A stretch of DNA of 64,000 nucleotides from a phage. The notes beneath the pieces were generated by a model that ran no database searches, was not told the DNA's origin, and saw only the letters and a program-made list of their open reading frames with translations. The translations under genes and the position numbers were made by a program. The number at the start of each line of letters is the position of its first letter. Position 1 is the first letter of the stretch. This document shows positions 1-8,546 of this stretch, piece by piece. Location of the stretch: sequence record PZ171032.1; one strand, written 5' to 3'.

Positions 1-54
1 AAATAGGCTCCACACAACACCTTTGTGGTAGTGTTCTTTGTAGATAAATTTCAA
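1..54 (-). CDS. possible start of a gene continuing beyond the window edge (partial)
   Basis: AGGAGA (reverse complement of 62-67) lies 7 nt upstream of a TTG at 54 and the frame stays open to position 1; alternative start and very short, so weak. Confidence 0.2.
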   Translation of the reverse strand, partial: MKFIYKEHYHKGVVWSLF

Positions 55-77
55 TTTGCTGTCTCCTAATGCAAAAA

Positions 78-99
78 GCCCCACCCTTTCGGGCAGGGC
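78..99 (-). terminator. rho-independent terminator-like hairpin after the 106..588 gene
   Basis: GC-rich interrupted stem (gcccc a ccc / ggg c a gggc) with tttc loop, followed on the minus strand by TTTTTGC. Confidence 0.4.
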
Positions 100-105
100 C
101 TAGTG

Positions 106-588
106 TTAAACCCGGATACCTATTGTATACTCGGTGGATACCAATGTCAAATCTAAATTTAAAATTTCTTGCATCTCATAATATGCGTCCAGGGTGAGAT
201 ACATTTCCCCATCCTTTTCTACATACTTGTCCAAGTGCTTGAGGCATTTCGGATAACTATCGAGTGCAGCTTTCAGACACTCAAACTCTGTGCTGTTGAT
301 GAGTCCTTCCATCTTGGCTACCCGTTCTGGGGTAACGATAGCACTGTAGTGAGATTTAGCTTCCTGAATGCAATGGGTCCAAGCATCAACTTTCTCTTCG
401 AAAAGCCCGAAGAATTTCTTTTTGGTGAGCTTCAGATTCTTTAAGTGCTTAAGCACTCGGTTGCCGATCACAGCCACATCACGAAACTTAAGGATCACTT
501 TGTCGATATCCTCGCGGCCTATTTTCACAAAGCAAGCCTCACACATTTCAGGAGCTGCGTAACCTACTTTCCACATAAAATCTGACAT
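106..588 (-). CDS. hypothetical protein, N-terminal Cys motif
   Basis: 160-aa ORF; N-terminal WKxGYAAPxxCExC motif is shared with the 19144..19344 product; no recognisable family. Confidence 0.6.
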   Translation of the reverse strand: MSDFMWKVGYAAPEMCEACFVKIGREDIDKVILKFRDVAVIGNRVLKHLKNLKLTKKKFFGLFEEKVDAWTHCIQEAKSHYSAIVTPERVAKMEGLINSTEFECLKAALDSYPKCLKHLDKYVEKDGEMYLTLDAYYEMQEILNLDLTLVSTEYTIGIRV

Positions 589-600
589 AACACTATCTCC

Positions 601-999
601 TTATTCTTCCTGAAAAGCAACGATATCATATGAACTTGCAGACGATCCTGGTGAAGAATGACTCCAGTCTAGGTCATCAGAGTAGTCAGCGTACTGTGCA
701 CCACTACGTAGTTTATATTTTACCCACTTACCTGGTGCAGGGTTTTCACCACCTTCCCATACTTCCCAGCCTTCTGGCAGGCCGTCCTGGGAATAGTCAT
801 CCACCTCACTAATAATCTTAGGGTTTGGCACCAAGATCCCTGCAGGCTCTTCCTTCCGGATAAGTGTCCACACAACATAGGTGTCTGAGCAGGCGCATGA
901 TAGCAAAGTATATCCACTATTCAGAACTTCTGCAAGCTCTTTTTCAGCATCTTCCAATTTGGTTAAGTGGTATTGGAGAATCTTCACACCTGTAATCAT
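601..999 (-). CDS. hypothetical protein
   Basis: 132-aa ORF packed tightly in the co-oriented minus-strand gene run. Confidence 0.55.
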   Translation of the reverse strand: MITGVKILQYHLTKLEDAEKELAEVLNSGYTLLSCACSDTYVVWTLIRKEEPAGILVPNPKIISEVDDYSQDGLPEGWEVWEGGENPAPGKWVKYKLRSGAQYADYSDDLDWSHSSPGSSASSYDIVAFQEE

Positions 1000-1343
1000 C
1001 AGAAACCTCCCACTTCTTCGGCAAATGCAGCTGCTGTCGTCGCTGCATCCAGATAGGACTCTAGTTCACGGGCTGCACGTTTGTAAATTGAGTGGCGAAT
1101 ATCGTTTGGCAGTTGGTAGAAGTCCACCTCTTCACCGTTGTGGTAAACATGCACATCAGTGATCTGTCTAAATCCGTAATAGTCAACATCAGAATCACGG
1201 CACTCCGGGTCTGGCAACTGGACAACTGCCTGAGCTTCTACAGTGAACATATCGTCAAGTTCGAAATCGATTTCAAAAGTGTATGGTTTATAACGTTTCA
1301 TCATTTGATTGTACTCTTTATTGATCAGACTTATCTTTCGCAA
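999..1343 (-). CDS. hypothetical protein
   Basis: 114-aa ORF; its stop overlaps the start of the next gene. Confidence 0.55.
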   Translation of the reverse strand: MRKISLINKEYNQMMKRYKPYTFEIDFELDDMFTVEAQAVVQLPDPECRDSDVDYYGFRQITDVHVYHNGEEVDFYQLPNDIRHSIYKRAARELESYLDAATTAAAFAEEVGGF

Positions 1344-2643
1344 TTAAGGTCGGGGCAAGTTTGTAATAACGGAAGCCACCACCACCTTGCCAGTTTACAG
1401 ACTTAGAAATACCACCTTGATCTTCCCCATCGATCACTTTTTCCAAGCGCGGAATAATATGGGTATGGCAATGATCACCAATCTCGATGGAGATCCAACG
1501 TCTTTTCATCTTGTGAGCTACAGCGGCAGTAGTTCCCGAACCACCGAATGAATCCAATACCAAATCACCTTCTCGCGTACACATTTCGAAAATCCGCTTC
1601 AAAAGCGCTTCTGGTTTTTTCCCATTTTTGAAACTAACGCCGCCTTCATTTGCTATTCCATTCCAACTAATGTCTGTCCAAACATCAGTTATTAGTTCCG
1701 CAGGTTGCATATCACCGTCAATTTCCAAAAGCCTGTTGGAGTAAAAGACCATTTGCCTACCATTTGCGATATAAAATCCTTCAACATCCTCATTTGGATG
1801 TACATAAACCTTATCCCTATCTTTCTTTGACTTCTCTATAGTTTCTTTTCTCTTTATTTTAGCACCACCACCAATTGCAACAGATTGAAATACACGTTCT
1901 GCATTATCAATTGCAAATTGTGCTAATTCATCATCGAATGTGTCAGGCAGTTTTTTCTTGGCTTCTTTTGCATCTTTATAGCCATTGGCCTTTGCAAACG
2001 CATCGGCAATACCGCACCACGTCCAATTTTTATAATGATCATCCGGGTTTAATAGGTATTTGTTATATCCGGTATCATAACCTTTAGGTATATAGATTTT
2101 GTTAAGCGGTTTCTGGGTGCGATCTTTTGCATATACAAGCAAAAAGTTTGCTGTGGAGAAAACTGTGGCTCCTGTTGCCTTAAATCCCGAAGGGGAATTT
2201 GTGGTCATCGATATGGTATTTAACTGATTTGCACGACCAAAAATCTCGTCCATCAAAACTTTTAAATACGCCATTTCGCAATCATCTAAGTGAACGAATA
2301 TTACCCCGTCATCACTTAGAAGATTACGAATTATTTCTAACCTATCCCTCATTAAGCCCAGCCAAATGGAATGCTCCAGACTATCATCGTAGTGCTCAAA
2401 AGCCCTCCCGGTGTTGAATGGTGGGTCTATGTAAACACACTTCACTTTGCCTGCGTACTCTTGCTCTAGCGCCTTCAATGCTAATAAGTTATCTCCAAAA
2501 ATCAGCTTATTATCAAAAATATCGTTTTCGGTAACTCTCTGGCTGTGGTAAGACTTACTCGAATCTTCTAACAAAATGTGCGGCTCTAATTTTTTGCGCT
2601 CGTTTTTACCTATCCAGGTAAGTTCTAATTTGGTTTTGCTCAT
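1318..2643 (-). CDS. DNA methyltransferase, N6-adenine/N4-cytosine family, beta-class motif order
   Basis: Catalytic motif IV 'YIDPPFNTG' precedes AdoMet-binding motif I 'LDSFGGSGTTAAVA' near the C-terminus, with a long intervening putative target-recognition region; AAGGAGAG Shine-Dalgarno upstream. Confidence 0.85.
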   Translation of the reverse strand: MSKTKLELTWIGKNERKKLEPHILLEDSSKSYHSQRVTENDIFDNKLIFGDNLLALKALEQEYAGKVKCVYIDPPFNTGRAFEHYDDSLEHSIWLGLMRDRLEIIRNLLSDDGVIFVHLDDCEMAYLKVLMDEIFGRANQLNTISMTTNSPSGFKATGATVFSTANFLLVYAKDRTQKPLNKIYIPKGYDTGYNKYLLNPDDHYKNWTWCGIADAFAKANGYKDAKEAKKKLPDTFDDELAQFAIDNAERVFQSVAIGGGAKIKRKETIEKSKKDRDKVYVHPNEDVEGFYIANGRQMVFYSNRLLEIDGDMQPAELITDVWTDISWNGIANEGGVSFKNGKKPEALLKRIFEMCTREGDLVLDSFGGSGTTAAVAHKMKRRWISIEIGDHCHTHIIPRLEKVIDGEDQGGISKSVNWQGGGGFRYYKLAPTLIAKDKSDQ

Positions 2644-2670
2644 CGTTTGGTGCTCTCCTTAGTTTTTTGT

Positions 2671-2687
2671 GGGGAGGAGGCCTCCCC
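2671..2687. other. GC-rich stem-loop between the 2705..3046 gene and the methyltransferase gene
   Basis: ggggagg / cctcccc 7-bp inverted repeat; on the minus strand it is followed by an A-run, not a U-run, so it is not a canonical terminator. Confidence 0.3.
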
Positions 2688-2704
2688 TTTATACTCACAT
2701 CTTA

Positions 2705-3046
2705 CTACTCAAGGTCTTCAGAGTCAAGCTCAAAAAGAATCAAACTGTGCATGCCTGCAGAGAGATCAACACACCCTGCAACAATAAGGGTCTGATAGTA
2801 AGGTTCAGCACCCTCGATGTCTTCGTTAAAATCCACAACAAGGTAGTCACCTTTGTTAAAGGTGTATTTGTCCGATGTGAATGCAAAACCTGCCCAGTCC
2901 CCTACTGCAGGATCTTTATCAGTCACCTTTGTTAGCAGTAGATCTTTTTCACGAGATCTTTTAGTAAAATCGTGAATCACAACATCCTTCTCTTCAGGAG
3001 TTGGATTGCCACACACGTAGTTAACGATATTTCTCCACAAACTCAT
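2705..3046 (-). CDS. hypothetical protein
   Basis: 113-aa ORF; its start overlaps the helicase stop. Confidence 0.55.
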   Translation of the reverse strand: MSLWRNIVNYVCGNPTPEEKDVVIHDFTKRSREKDLLLTKVTDKDPAVGDWAGFAFTSDKYTFNKGDYLVVDFNEDIEGAEPYYQTLIVAGCVDLSAGMHSLILFELDSEDLE

Positions 3047-4413
3047 ACGTCCCCCTCTTCGGCTCTGGTTTCAAAATCTTTCCTGACAATTTTGTCTAAG
3101 TCAGGGAATGTTGTATTGTAAAACTCTACGACTCGCGGGTCAACAATAATGTCAACTTCTCTTAGTGGACGCAACAAGTTTATTCCTTGTATTGTCTTAA
3201 CTCTGCTCAAAGCGACATACGTCATCCCAGGAGAGAAAGCTCCGTTCTTTCCAAGGTCTAGGTTGTAACAATCTAGCGTAAGTCCTTGACTTTTATGAGA
3301 TGTTACGGCGTACCCAGATTTCAGAGGAAGTTGCTTGTATGACCCAATCACTACCCTCTCTATAAACTTCTCCATCTTCCTTTCTGCAATGTTGTATCTC
3401 TGAGATGGCTTATACTCGTTATTCTCCCACAACCTCTGCTCTATGTCAACCTGTGTTCCATCTTCAAGCTCTACCACCACCGCCTTGTTCTTAAATTTAA
3501 CAATTGTGGCACGTGTTCCGTTAACATAATAAGGTACTTTGTGCGTCGGGTCAACATCGTTGGCGGTTATCATAACTTTCATGCCAATTTTCAACTTCAT
3601 CTCCTGCTCAACTGGCAGGGTGGAGGGAAACTTACCCTTCATTTCCCCAGTGTATACCTTCTCCGGGGCGTTGATGGCATCATAGAACCTTCTGTTCACT
3701 TCCTCTGCTTGTTTGTTGGTGGCGCAAATTGTGAGAGCGTCTGTTGGTACACCGCCTTTGTAACAGCGAGCATTAAGTTCTGCTACAACCTCTTTTATGC
3801 GACGACCCTCACGAACACAGTTGAGCATTGTGGCAAATCGAATAGACTCCTGTCGGAACTGATCTATTAGGGCTATGTTGTGGAGGTCAAGCTCTTTCCA
3901 AGATTCGGTATAGCAACACAGGTCTGTATGGTAGAAGTTGAAGTAGGCTTCCTTCTCCATAGAAGAGACAACAGGAGGTGCCTGGTAAAAATCGCCAAAC
4001 AATATGACCTGTATGCCTCCGAAAGGTTTGTCATTTTTTCGAAGGAAGCGAAGTTTCCTATCCATCTCTATAAACTTATCAGCACGGATCATAGAGATTT
4101 CATCGATAATCAGGATGGTAAATGCCTTGCTTTTCAAAGGCTTTGCTGTTTTTGCCCTTATTGCGGTCCAGTCTGACTCCATGCTCACACCTGCTGCAAG
4201 ATCGAAGGTTCGGTGTGCTGTTGCTCCATTAACGTTTAAAGCGGCTACCCCTGTCGGGGCAACCGTTATGCAAGAGTCTCCATACATTGACTGGATCATG
4301 TTGATGAGGTACGTCTTCCCACAACCTGCGGGTCCTGAAACGAAGACATTCTCACCGCTCATGATTGCAACGAGGGCAGCATCTGTGCCTACATCATACT
4401 GCCCTTTTTCCAT
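3043..4413 (-). CDS. Dda/PIF1/RecD-like superfamily 1 DNA helicase
   Basis: Walker A 'VSGPAGCGKTY', Walker B 'ILIIDEISMI', and C-terminal 'SHKSQGLT' and 'YVALSRVKT' motifs typical of RecD/Pif1/Dda helicases. Confidence 0.88.
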   Translation of the reverse strand: MEKGQYDVGTDAALVAIMSGENVFVSGPAGCGKTYLINMIQSMYGDSCITVAPTGVAALNVNGATAHRTFDLAAGVSMESDWTAIRAKTAKPLKSKAFTILIIDEISMIRADKFIEMDRKLRFLRKNDKPFGGIQVILFGDFYQAPPVVSSMEKEAYFNFYHTDLCCYTESWKELDLHNIALIDQFRQESIRFATMLNCVREGRRIKEVVAELNARCYKGGVPTDALTICATNKQAEEVNRRFYDAINAPEKVYTGEMKGKFPSTLPVEQEMKLKIGMKVMITANDVDPTHKVPYYVNGTRATIVKFKNKAVVVELEDGTQVDIEQRLWENNEYKPSQRYNIAERKMEKFIERVVIGSYKQLPLKSGYAVTSHKSQGLTLDCYNLDLGKNGAFSPGMTYVALSRVKTIQGINLLRPLREVDIIVDPRVVEFYNTTFPDLDKIVRKDFETRAEEGDV

Positions 4414-4778
4414 TACGCCTCCTCGTAAAGAATGTCGATAGTGTTACCGTCTCGGTCAACCACGTATTCAATCGGGTCTCCGTCCTTGCGTGCTTCCGGA
4501 GCTACCACAATCTCATAGCGGCATGCACGGCACTTAGCGCTATTGTGTTGGTATGGCACACTAACCACATCTGCAGGGTCAACCATGACAGTCATTACAG
4601 TGCCGTAGCTCTTCGCATACTCTTTGCTGGCGCAGTGTAAGCCATAGGAGCACGCAGCTTCAGGATCATCCTCTACAAAGTTACGAGGCATGGATACAAA
4701 AGCACCTTGGTATTGTGGGACTTTACCACTGTGCCAATCCACCCACTTGCTACCGTTAAACTGAACCCTTTGTAGCAA
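4413..4778 (-). CDS. hypothetical protein; may be the frameshifted continuation of the 4673..5617 gene
   Basis: 121-aa ORF with TTG start, overlapping the 3' end of the upstream ORF by about 105 nt in the -1 frame. Confidence 0.4.
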   Translation of the reverse strand: MLQRVQFNGSKWVDWHSGKVPQYQGAFVSMPRNFVEDDPEAACSYGLHCASKEYAKSYGTVMTVMVDPADVVSVPYQHNSAKCRACRYEIVVAPEARKDGDPIEYVVDRDGNTIDILYEEA

Positions 4779-5617
4779 ATGATTCGACCATCTTCTGCAA
4801 TCTGAATATCATTGGCCTGCATAAAATCGTAGAGCATGTTTACAGATTTTGCAGAAGGATTGCGTAGCAGGCGAACGAGGAATTTCACATAGCGGTCATC
4901 CAGCGTTCCGTCTGCATAATCTTTCTCAATTTTCTTTGCAATGGTGGATCGCATCTCTACACCGTAGTAGTAGAGCTTACCATCTTTCATGATCAGGTTG
5001 TCTGCAAGTGTGGTGAACTCATTCTTGCGTTCCAGCCAGACAAGGATTTCACCAATTGCCTCGTCATATTCCTGAACAGAGATATGGTCGAAGACTTTCT
5101 GGTAAACTTCCTCACTTTCGCTGCGGCGAATTTCAAAAATGCCTTCGTTGCAGGTGATCTGGAGGAGTTCCCCACAAATAACTACCAAAGGCTCGATGCT
5201 TCGAGTTTGTTGCTGAGACACACTGCTCACCACCTCCAGCACCGGATCTTTGACTTCTACTAAAGGTTCTTCTGACTTGATTGCCACCCCAGTGAACCCC
5301 ACACCGTGAACAACACACAGTGGGTATACCACGCCCCAACGTTTAACGGAACCTTCGCCTAAGTCTAAGATCATGGCGTACTTACCATTATCTTCCAATC
5401 CATAGCGGAATAAACGGGCCTCTTCGCGGGTTTCAAAATCCTCACGGGTGTAGCAGACGCTGTCACGGTCAGGATCGAACAACTCTGGGGCACCCACTGC
5501 CAGTGTCCAGGTTGTGTCGCCTTTCTCAATGGCACATGTGAAACCCTTCTTCTCAAGTTCTGCACGGCGGTCTCGTGCTTCTTTACGGGTTTTGAAATGT
5601 TCGTAGATGAAAATCAT
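4673..5617 (-). CDS. hypothetical protein
   Basis: 314-aa ORF; no recognised motif; the last ~35 codons overlap the 4413..4778 ORF. Confidence 0.55.
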   Translation of the reverse strand: MIFIYEHFKTRKEARDRRAELEKKGFTCAIEKGDTTWTLAVGAPELFDPDRDSVCYTREDFETREEARLFRYGLEDNGKYAMILDLGEGSVKRWGVVYPLCVVHGVGFTGVAIKSEEPLVEVKDPVLEVVSSVSQQQTRSIEPLVVICGELLQITCNEGIFEIRRSESEEVYQKVFDHISVQEYDEAIGEILVWLERKNEFTTLADNLIMKDGKLYYYGVEMRSTIAKKIEKDYADGTLDDRYVKFLVRLLRNPSAKSVNMLYDFMQANDIQIAEDGRIICYKGFSLTVASGWIGTVVKSHNTKVLLYPCLVTL

Positions 5618-5627
5618 CTTGGTCTCC

Positions 5628-7610
5628 TTATTTGATGTTATTCTTTGTATCGATCAGTTCACGGTATTCAATCATAGCAGGAGTGTCCCAATATTTCAAG
5701 CCCACATGCTTCAAAAGTGGATATTTCTTTTCCAATCTTGCAATATAGGCCTTTCCGCACTTAACCCGGTTGGCGATTAAGATTTTGGCACGATGATTTA
5801 GCTCACTGTGCTTCCACGCGGTGTTACCTTCCCACTTGTGGAAATGTGGCCGATAATTTCCAAAATCCTGCATGGGGATAATTTTCCCTAATTGTCTATA
5901 CAGGCTGTCATATGAAGTTTCATTTGCTGCGCGAGTCAGTAAGAATTTCCAGGCGTCCTCTTTCAACAAATGTTCCACATTTTTCTCTGTAACATACTGG
6001 CAATCAGGATCAGTCCAAAGCAGACGGGATTCTGATACCAGGTACAGGTCTTCCCCTTCAGGAATCTGGAGTGCCGCACGCACACGGTCATAATTTTGCT
6101 GGTAGATGTTACTCAGCTGTCCCAGCCAACAACTTCCACGTTGGATATCGCCCTCATAAGGAATGCAGTGCTTAATCTTCTTGAACTCTGCCTTAGTAAT
6201 ACGTTCACGACGGAAGTAACCATCCTTCTCAAGCTTTTTAACCCAATAACCTGGCTCGTAATGAGTTTTTGTTTCACCTTTCTTCGCAGGTCGGCGAGGG
6301 AGCTCTGATAACAATTTGACCGTATCTGCAAAGAACGGGTGGTGTGCCGCTTCTTTAAACTCTTCCACCAAATCCGTGTTACGGCAATAGAAAACGTTGC
6401 GTCCGGTGATCTCGCTTAAGTAGTTACACTTATTTCGGTTATATTTGCCGTCTCCGTCGTTAAACACTAAGTAGACCCCTCGTAAGAACTCCGACTTTCC
6501 GTAGCAGGCGTAACCTATGCGGCCTTTATTTAAGCCGCCAGCGAAGATCTCACAATCTCCCAAACTTCCTAGTCCTGTCTCTTCCCATCGGTCCCACATA
6601 AAATTCTTACCGAAGATGTGCCCGAACACTCCACTGTTCTTCATCATCTCACGTGCTTCTGAGGATGTTTTTGCTGTCTCCAATTCCGCAACAACTTCTG
6701 CCCCACGAAGACGGATACCCTCTTTGACAAAAGCCTCCAACCGCTCTTGGAATCCACCATCGTCGTGCCCCTCTATGGTCCATTCGCGCCCAGGGTTAAT
6801 ATTGCAATCCCCAATAGGGATCTCTACACAGATTGCAGGGTAGTCTGTCAATGTTTCCAGAAACTTAGAGCGGTAAGGTTGGTGTCCCATCACCACACGG
6901 CTCTCATCAGAGCTGGTATAACCTTTCAGGATAGTCATTTTCCAACCATCTTTCTCGTAGCGATACTGCGCCTCAACCTTGTCACCTTCCAGCATCTTAC
7001 TGGTCATAGGGTCGGTAACGGTAAACGGAAACTTTGCATAGCGTAGGCATGACGCAATAGCAGTGCGATATTTCAGAATATGCTCTTTCTTAACATGGAA
7101 CTGAACTTTTACCCCGTTGTGCTCTTCAGTCTTTCGCTCGCGGATCTTGGTAACGTTTGGGATACCCTGATCCAAGAACAATAGATATGTGCTTTCAACA
7201 CCATTGTGTACACTGATCACATCGAAAGTGTCCACCATGCTGAACGGGGCCTTTGAACCAACACCTTTATTACCCACCAGAGCGTTGCTGTTGCGCTTGG
7301 TTGACTCTCCGAGGTTCATGAAAGTGTTGCGGACCATCTCTTCTGACATGCCTAATCCAACGTCCTGCACAAAGAAGTATGGTTCAAGGTCTGTAGGAGA
7401 GTGAATGATGATCGGTACATCGCCCCGTCCAGACTCAACATGAGAGTCCACAGCATTGAAGATTGGTTCACGGCAGCTTGCCAGCACCTTATCTTCGTAA
7501 ATCCCTTTAATGATTAGCCCAAAAGTCTCTTTGTTCAGAGAAATTGAGCCCCTGGTGACCTCCATATTTCCAGTTAGCACTGCTTTAGTTTCATTACTGT
7601 TTACAATCAT
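5628..7610 (-). CDS. GHKL-superfamily ATPase, Hsp90-like N-terminal domain, with a large uncharacterised C-terminal region
   Basis: N-box 'EPIFNAVDS', G1 box 'QDVGLGMS', Hsp90-like 'NLGESTKRNS' and G2 box 'GNKGVGSKAPF' within the first ~130 aa; the remaining ~500 aa match nothing I recognise. Confidence 0.6.
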   Translation of the reverse strand: MIVNSNETKAVLTGNMEVTRGSISLNKETFGLIIKGIYEDKVLASCREPIFNAVDSHVESGRGDVPIIIHSPTDLEPYFFVQDVGLGMSEEMVRNTFMNLGESTKRNSNALVGNKGVGSKAPFSMVDTFDVISVHNGVESTYLLFLDQGIPNVTKIRERKTEEHNGVKVQFHVKKEHILKYRTAIASCLRYAKFPFTVTDPMTSKMLEGDKVEAQYRYEKDGWKMTILKGYTSSDESRVVMGHQPYRSKFLETLTDYPAICVEIPIGDCNINPGREWTIEGHDDGGFQERLEAFVKEGIRLRGAEVVAELETAKTSSEAREMMKNSGVFGHIFGKNFMWDRWEETGLGSLGDCEIFAGGLNKGRIGYACYGKSEFLRGVYLVFNDGDGKYNRNKCNYLSEITGRNVFYCRNTDLVEEFKEAAHHPFFADTVKLLSELPRRPAKKGETKTHYEPGYWVKKLEKDGYFRRERITKAEFKKIKHCIPYEGDIQRGSCWLGQLSNIYQQNYDRVRAALQIPEGEDLYLVSESRLLWTDPDCQYVTEKNVEHLLKEDAWKFLLTRAANETSYDSLYRQLGKIIPMQDFGNYRPHFHKWEGNTAWKHSELNHRAKILIANRVKCGKAYIARLEKKYPLLKHVGLKYWDTPAMIEYRELIDTKNNIK

Positions 7611-8107
7611 TTATTGCGCTCCTTGTAGTAGATATGACTCCCGAATTGAGCTGTCCTCTGCATCTTTTTTGCCCATTTCGGTCGTACTTTGGTCGTATGG
7701 TAGTGTGTTGCTCCACCTGTTATATCCATAGCCATGTATGCAACATGGTTGTTATTATAGACCTTTAGAAGCATCTTTGCAAGACTTTTAGCGTGATCCC
7801 ATGAATCTTTTTCTGTCACCTTAAAAGTTTTGCCGTAGTTTGTCCACGAAAACTGATTAGGTTGGTAGACAATCTTTCTTATAGTGTCCGGGTATTTGGG
7901 ATGAGATTTCCTGTTTAGGGTGGCAAACCCAGATGCCAGCATACCCATCGTGCCATCCCCTCTAGCTTCCCTGTAGATATTGCATGCTAGAATGTTTTCC
8001 TTAGTATCTGATGGCTTGCAAGTATGGTATACTTTTTGTTTTGGTGCTGCAACAACAGGCAGCGATAAAAATGCGCTCAAAATAATAGCAAAGATCTTAA
8101 TTTTCAC
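7607..8107 (-). CDS. secreted cell-wall hydrolase, SleB-type (Hydrolase_2 family); candidate endolysin
   Basis: N-terminal signal peptide 'MKIKIFAIILSAFLSLPVVAAP'; 'NIYREARGD...LNRKSHPKYPDTIRKIVYQPNQFSW' matches the SleB consensus (IYxEARGE...LNR...P.FP.TI..V..Q..QF). Confidence 0.7.
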   Translation of the reverse strand: MKIKIFAIILSAFLSLPVVAAPKQKVYHTCKPSDTKENILACNIYREARGDGTMGMLASGFATLNRKSHPKYPDTIRKIVYQPNQFSWTNYGKTFKVTEKDSWDHAKSLAKMLLKVYNNNHVAYMAMDITGGATHYHTTKVRPKWAKKMQRTAQFGSHIYYKERNK

Positions 8108-8127
8108 AATGACTCCAAATAGAAAAT

Positions 8128-8143
8128 CCCCGCCGAAGCGGGG
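8128..8143 (-). terminator. rho-independent terminator after the 8157..8537 gene
   Basis: ccccgc-cgaa-gcgggg hairpin followed on the minus strand by ATTTTCTATTT; the same hairpin sequence recurs at 34562 and in near-identical form at 40373. Confidence 0.6.
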
Positions 8144-8156
8144 GAGGTCTTAGAAA

Positions 8157-8537
8157 TTAATCGTAGTGTGCCAAAATCTCTCCATCGTTGCAAGTTCCCT
8201 CTACAAAGTTATGAAGATTCATGCACTCATCTTGATAGAAGAATTTACCGCTTTTCAGCCGTAGGCCAAACAACTCCGCATCTCCACGATGGCAAGCCTC
8301 TACAAGTTCATAGATTTCATACGGCAACTCTCCGTCGTCATGGAAGAATCCAGCCTTATCGTTGACATAAATGAAGAAATAATCACTGCTATCGCAAGCG
8401 TCCAATATTTTAAACCAGATTTCATCTACATCTTTTTCTCGGATATCGATCACGCAAGTGGAGCTGCATTCGTACTCCTTCTCCGGCTCCTCGGTCAATA
8501 CCACCAGGTAGTTTCCCCGCTTACCTACTTTAGCCAT
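8157..8537 (-). CDS. hypothetical protein
   Basis: 126-aa ORF, acidic and Cys/His-containing; no family recognised. Confidence 0.55.
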   Translation of the reverse strand: MAKVGKRGNYLVVLTEEPEKEYECSSTCVIDIREKDVDEIWFKILDACDSSDYFFIYVNDKAGFFHDDGELPYEIYELVEACHRGDAELFGLRLKSGKFFYQDECMNLHNFVEGTCNDGEILAHYD

Positions 8538-8546
8538 ACAACCCCC

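Noticed and set aside
2671-2687. Terminator between the 2705..3046 gene and the methyltransferase gene
   Set aside because: The GC hairpin is followed by an A-run on the transcribed minus strand, not a U-run, so intrinsic termination is unlikely. Kept only as a stem-loop of unknown function.
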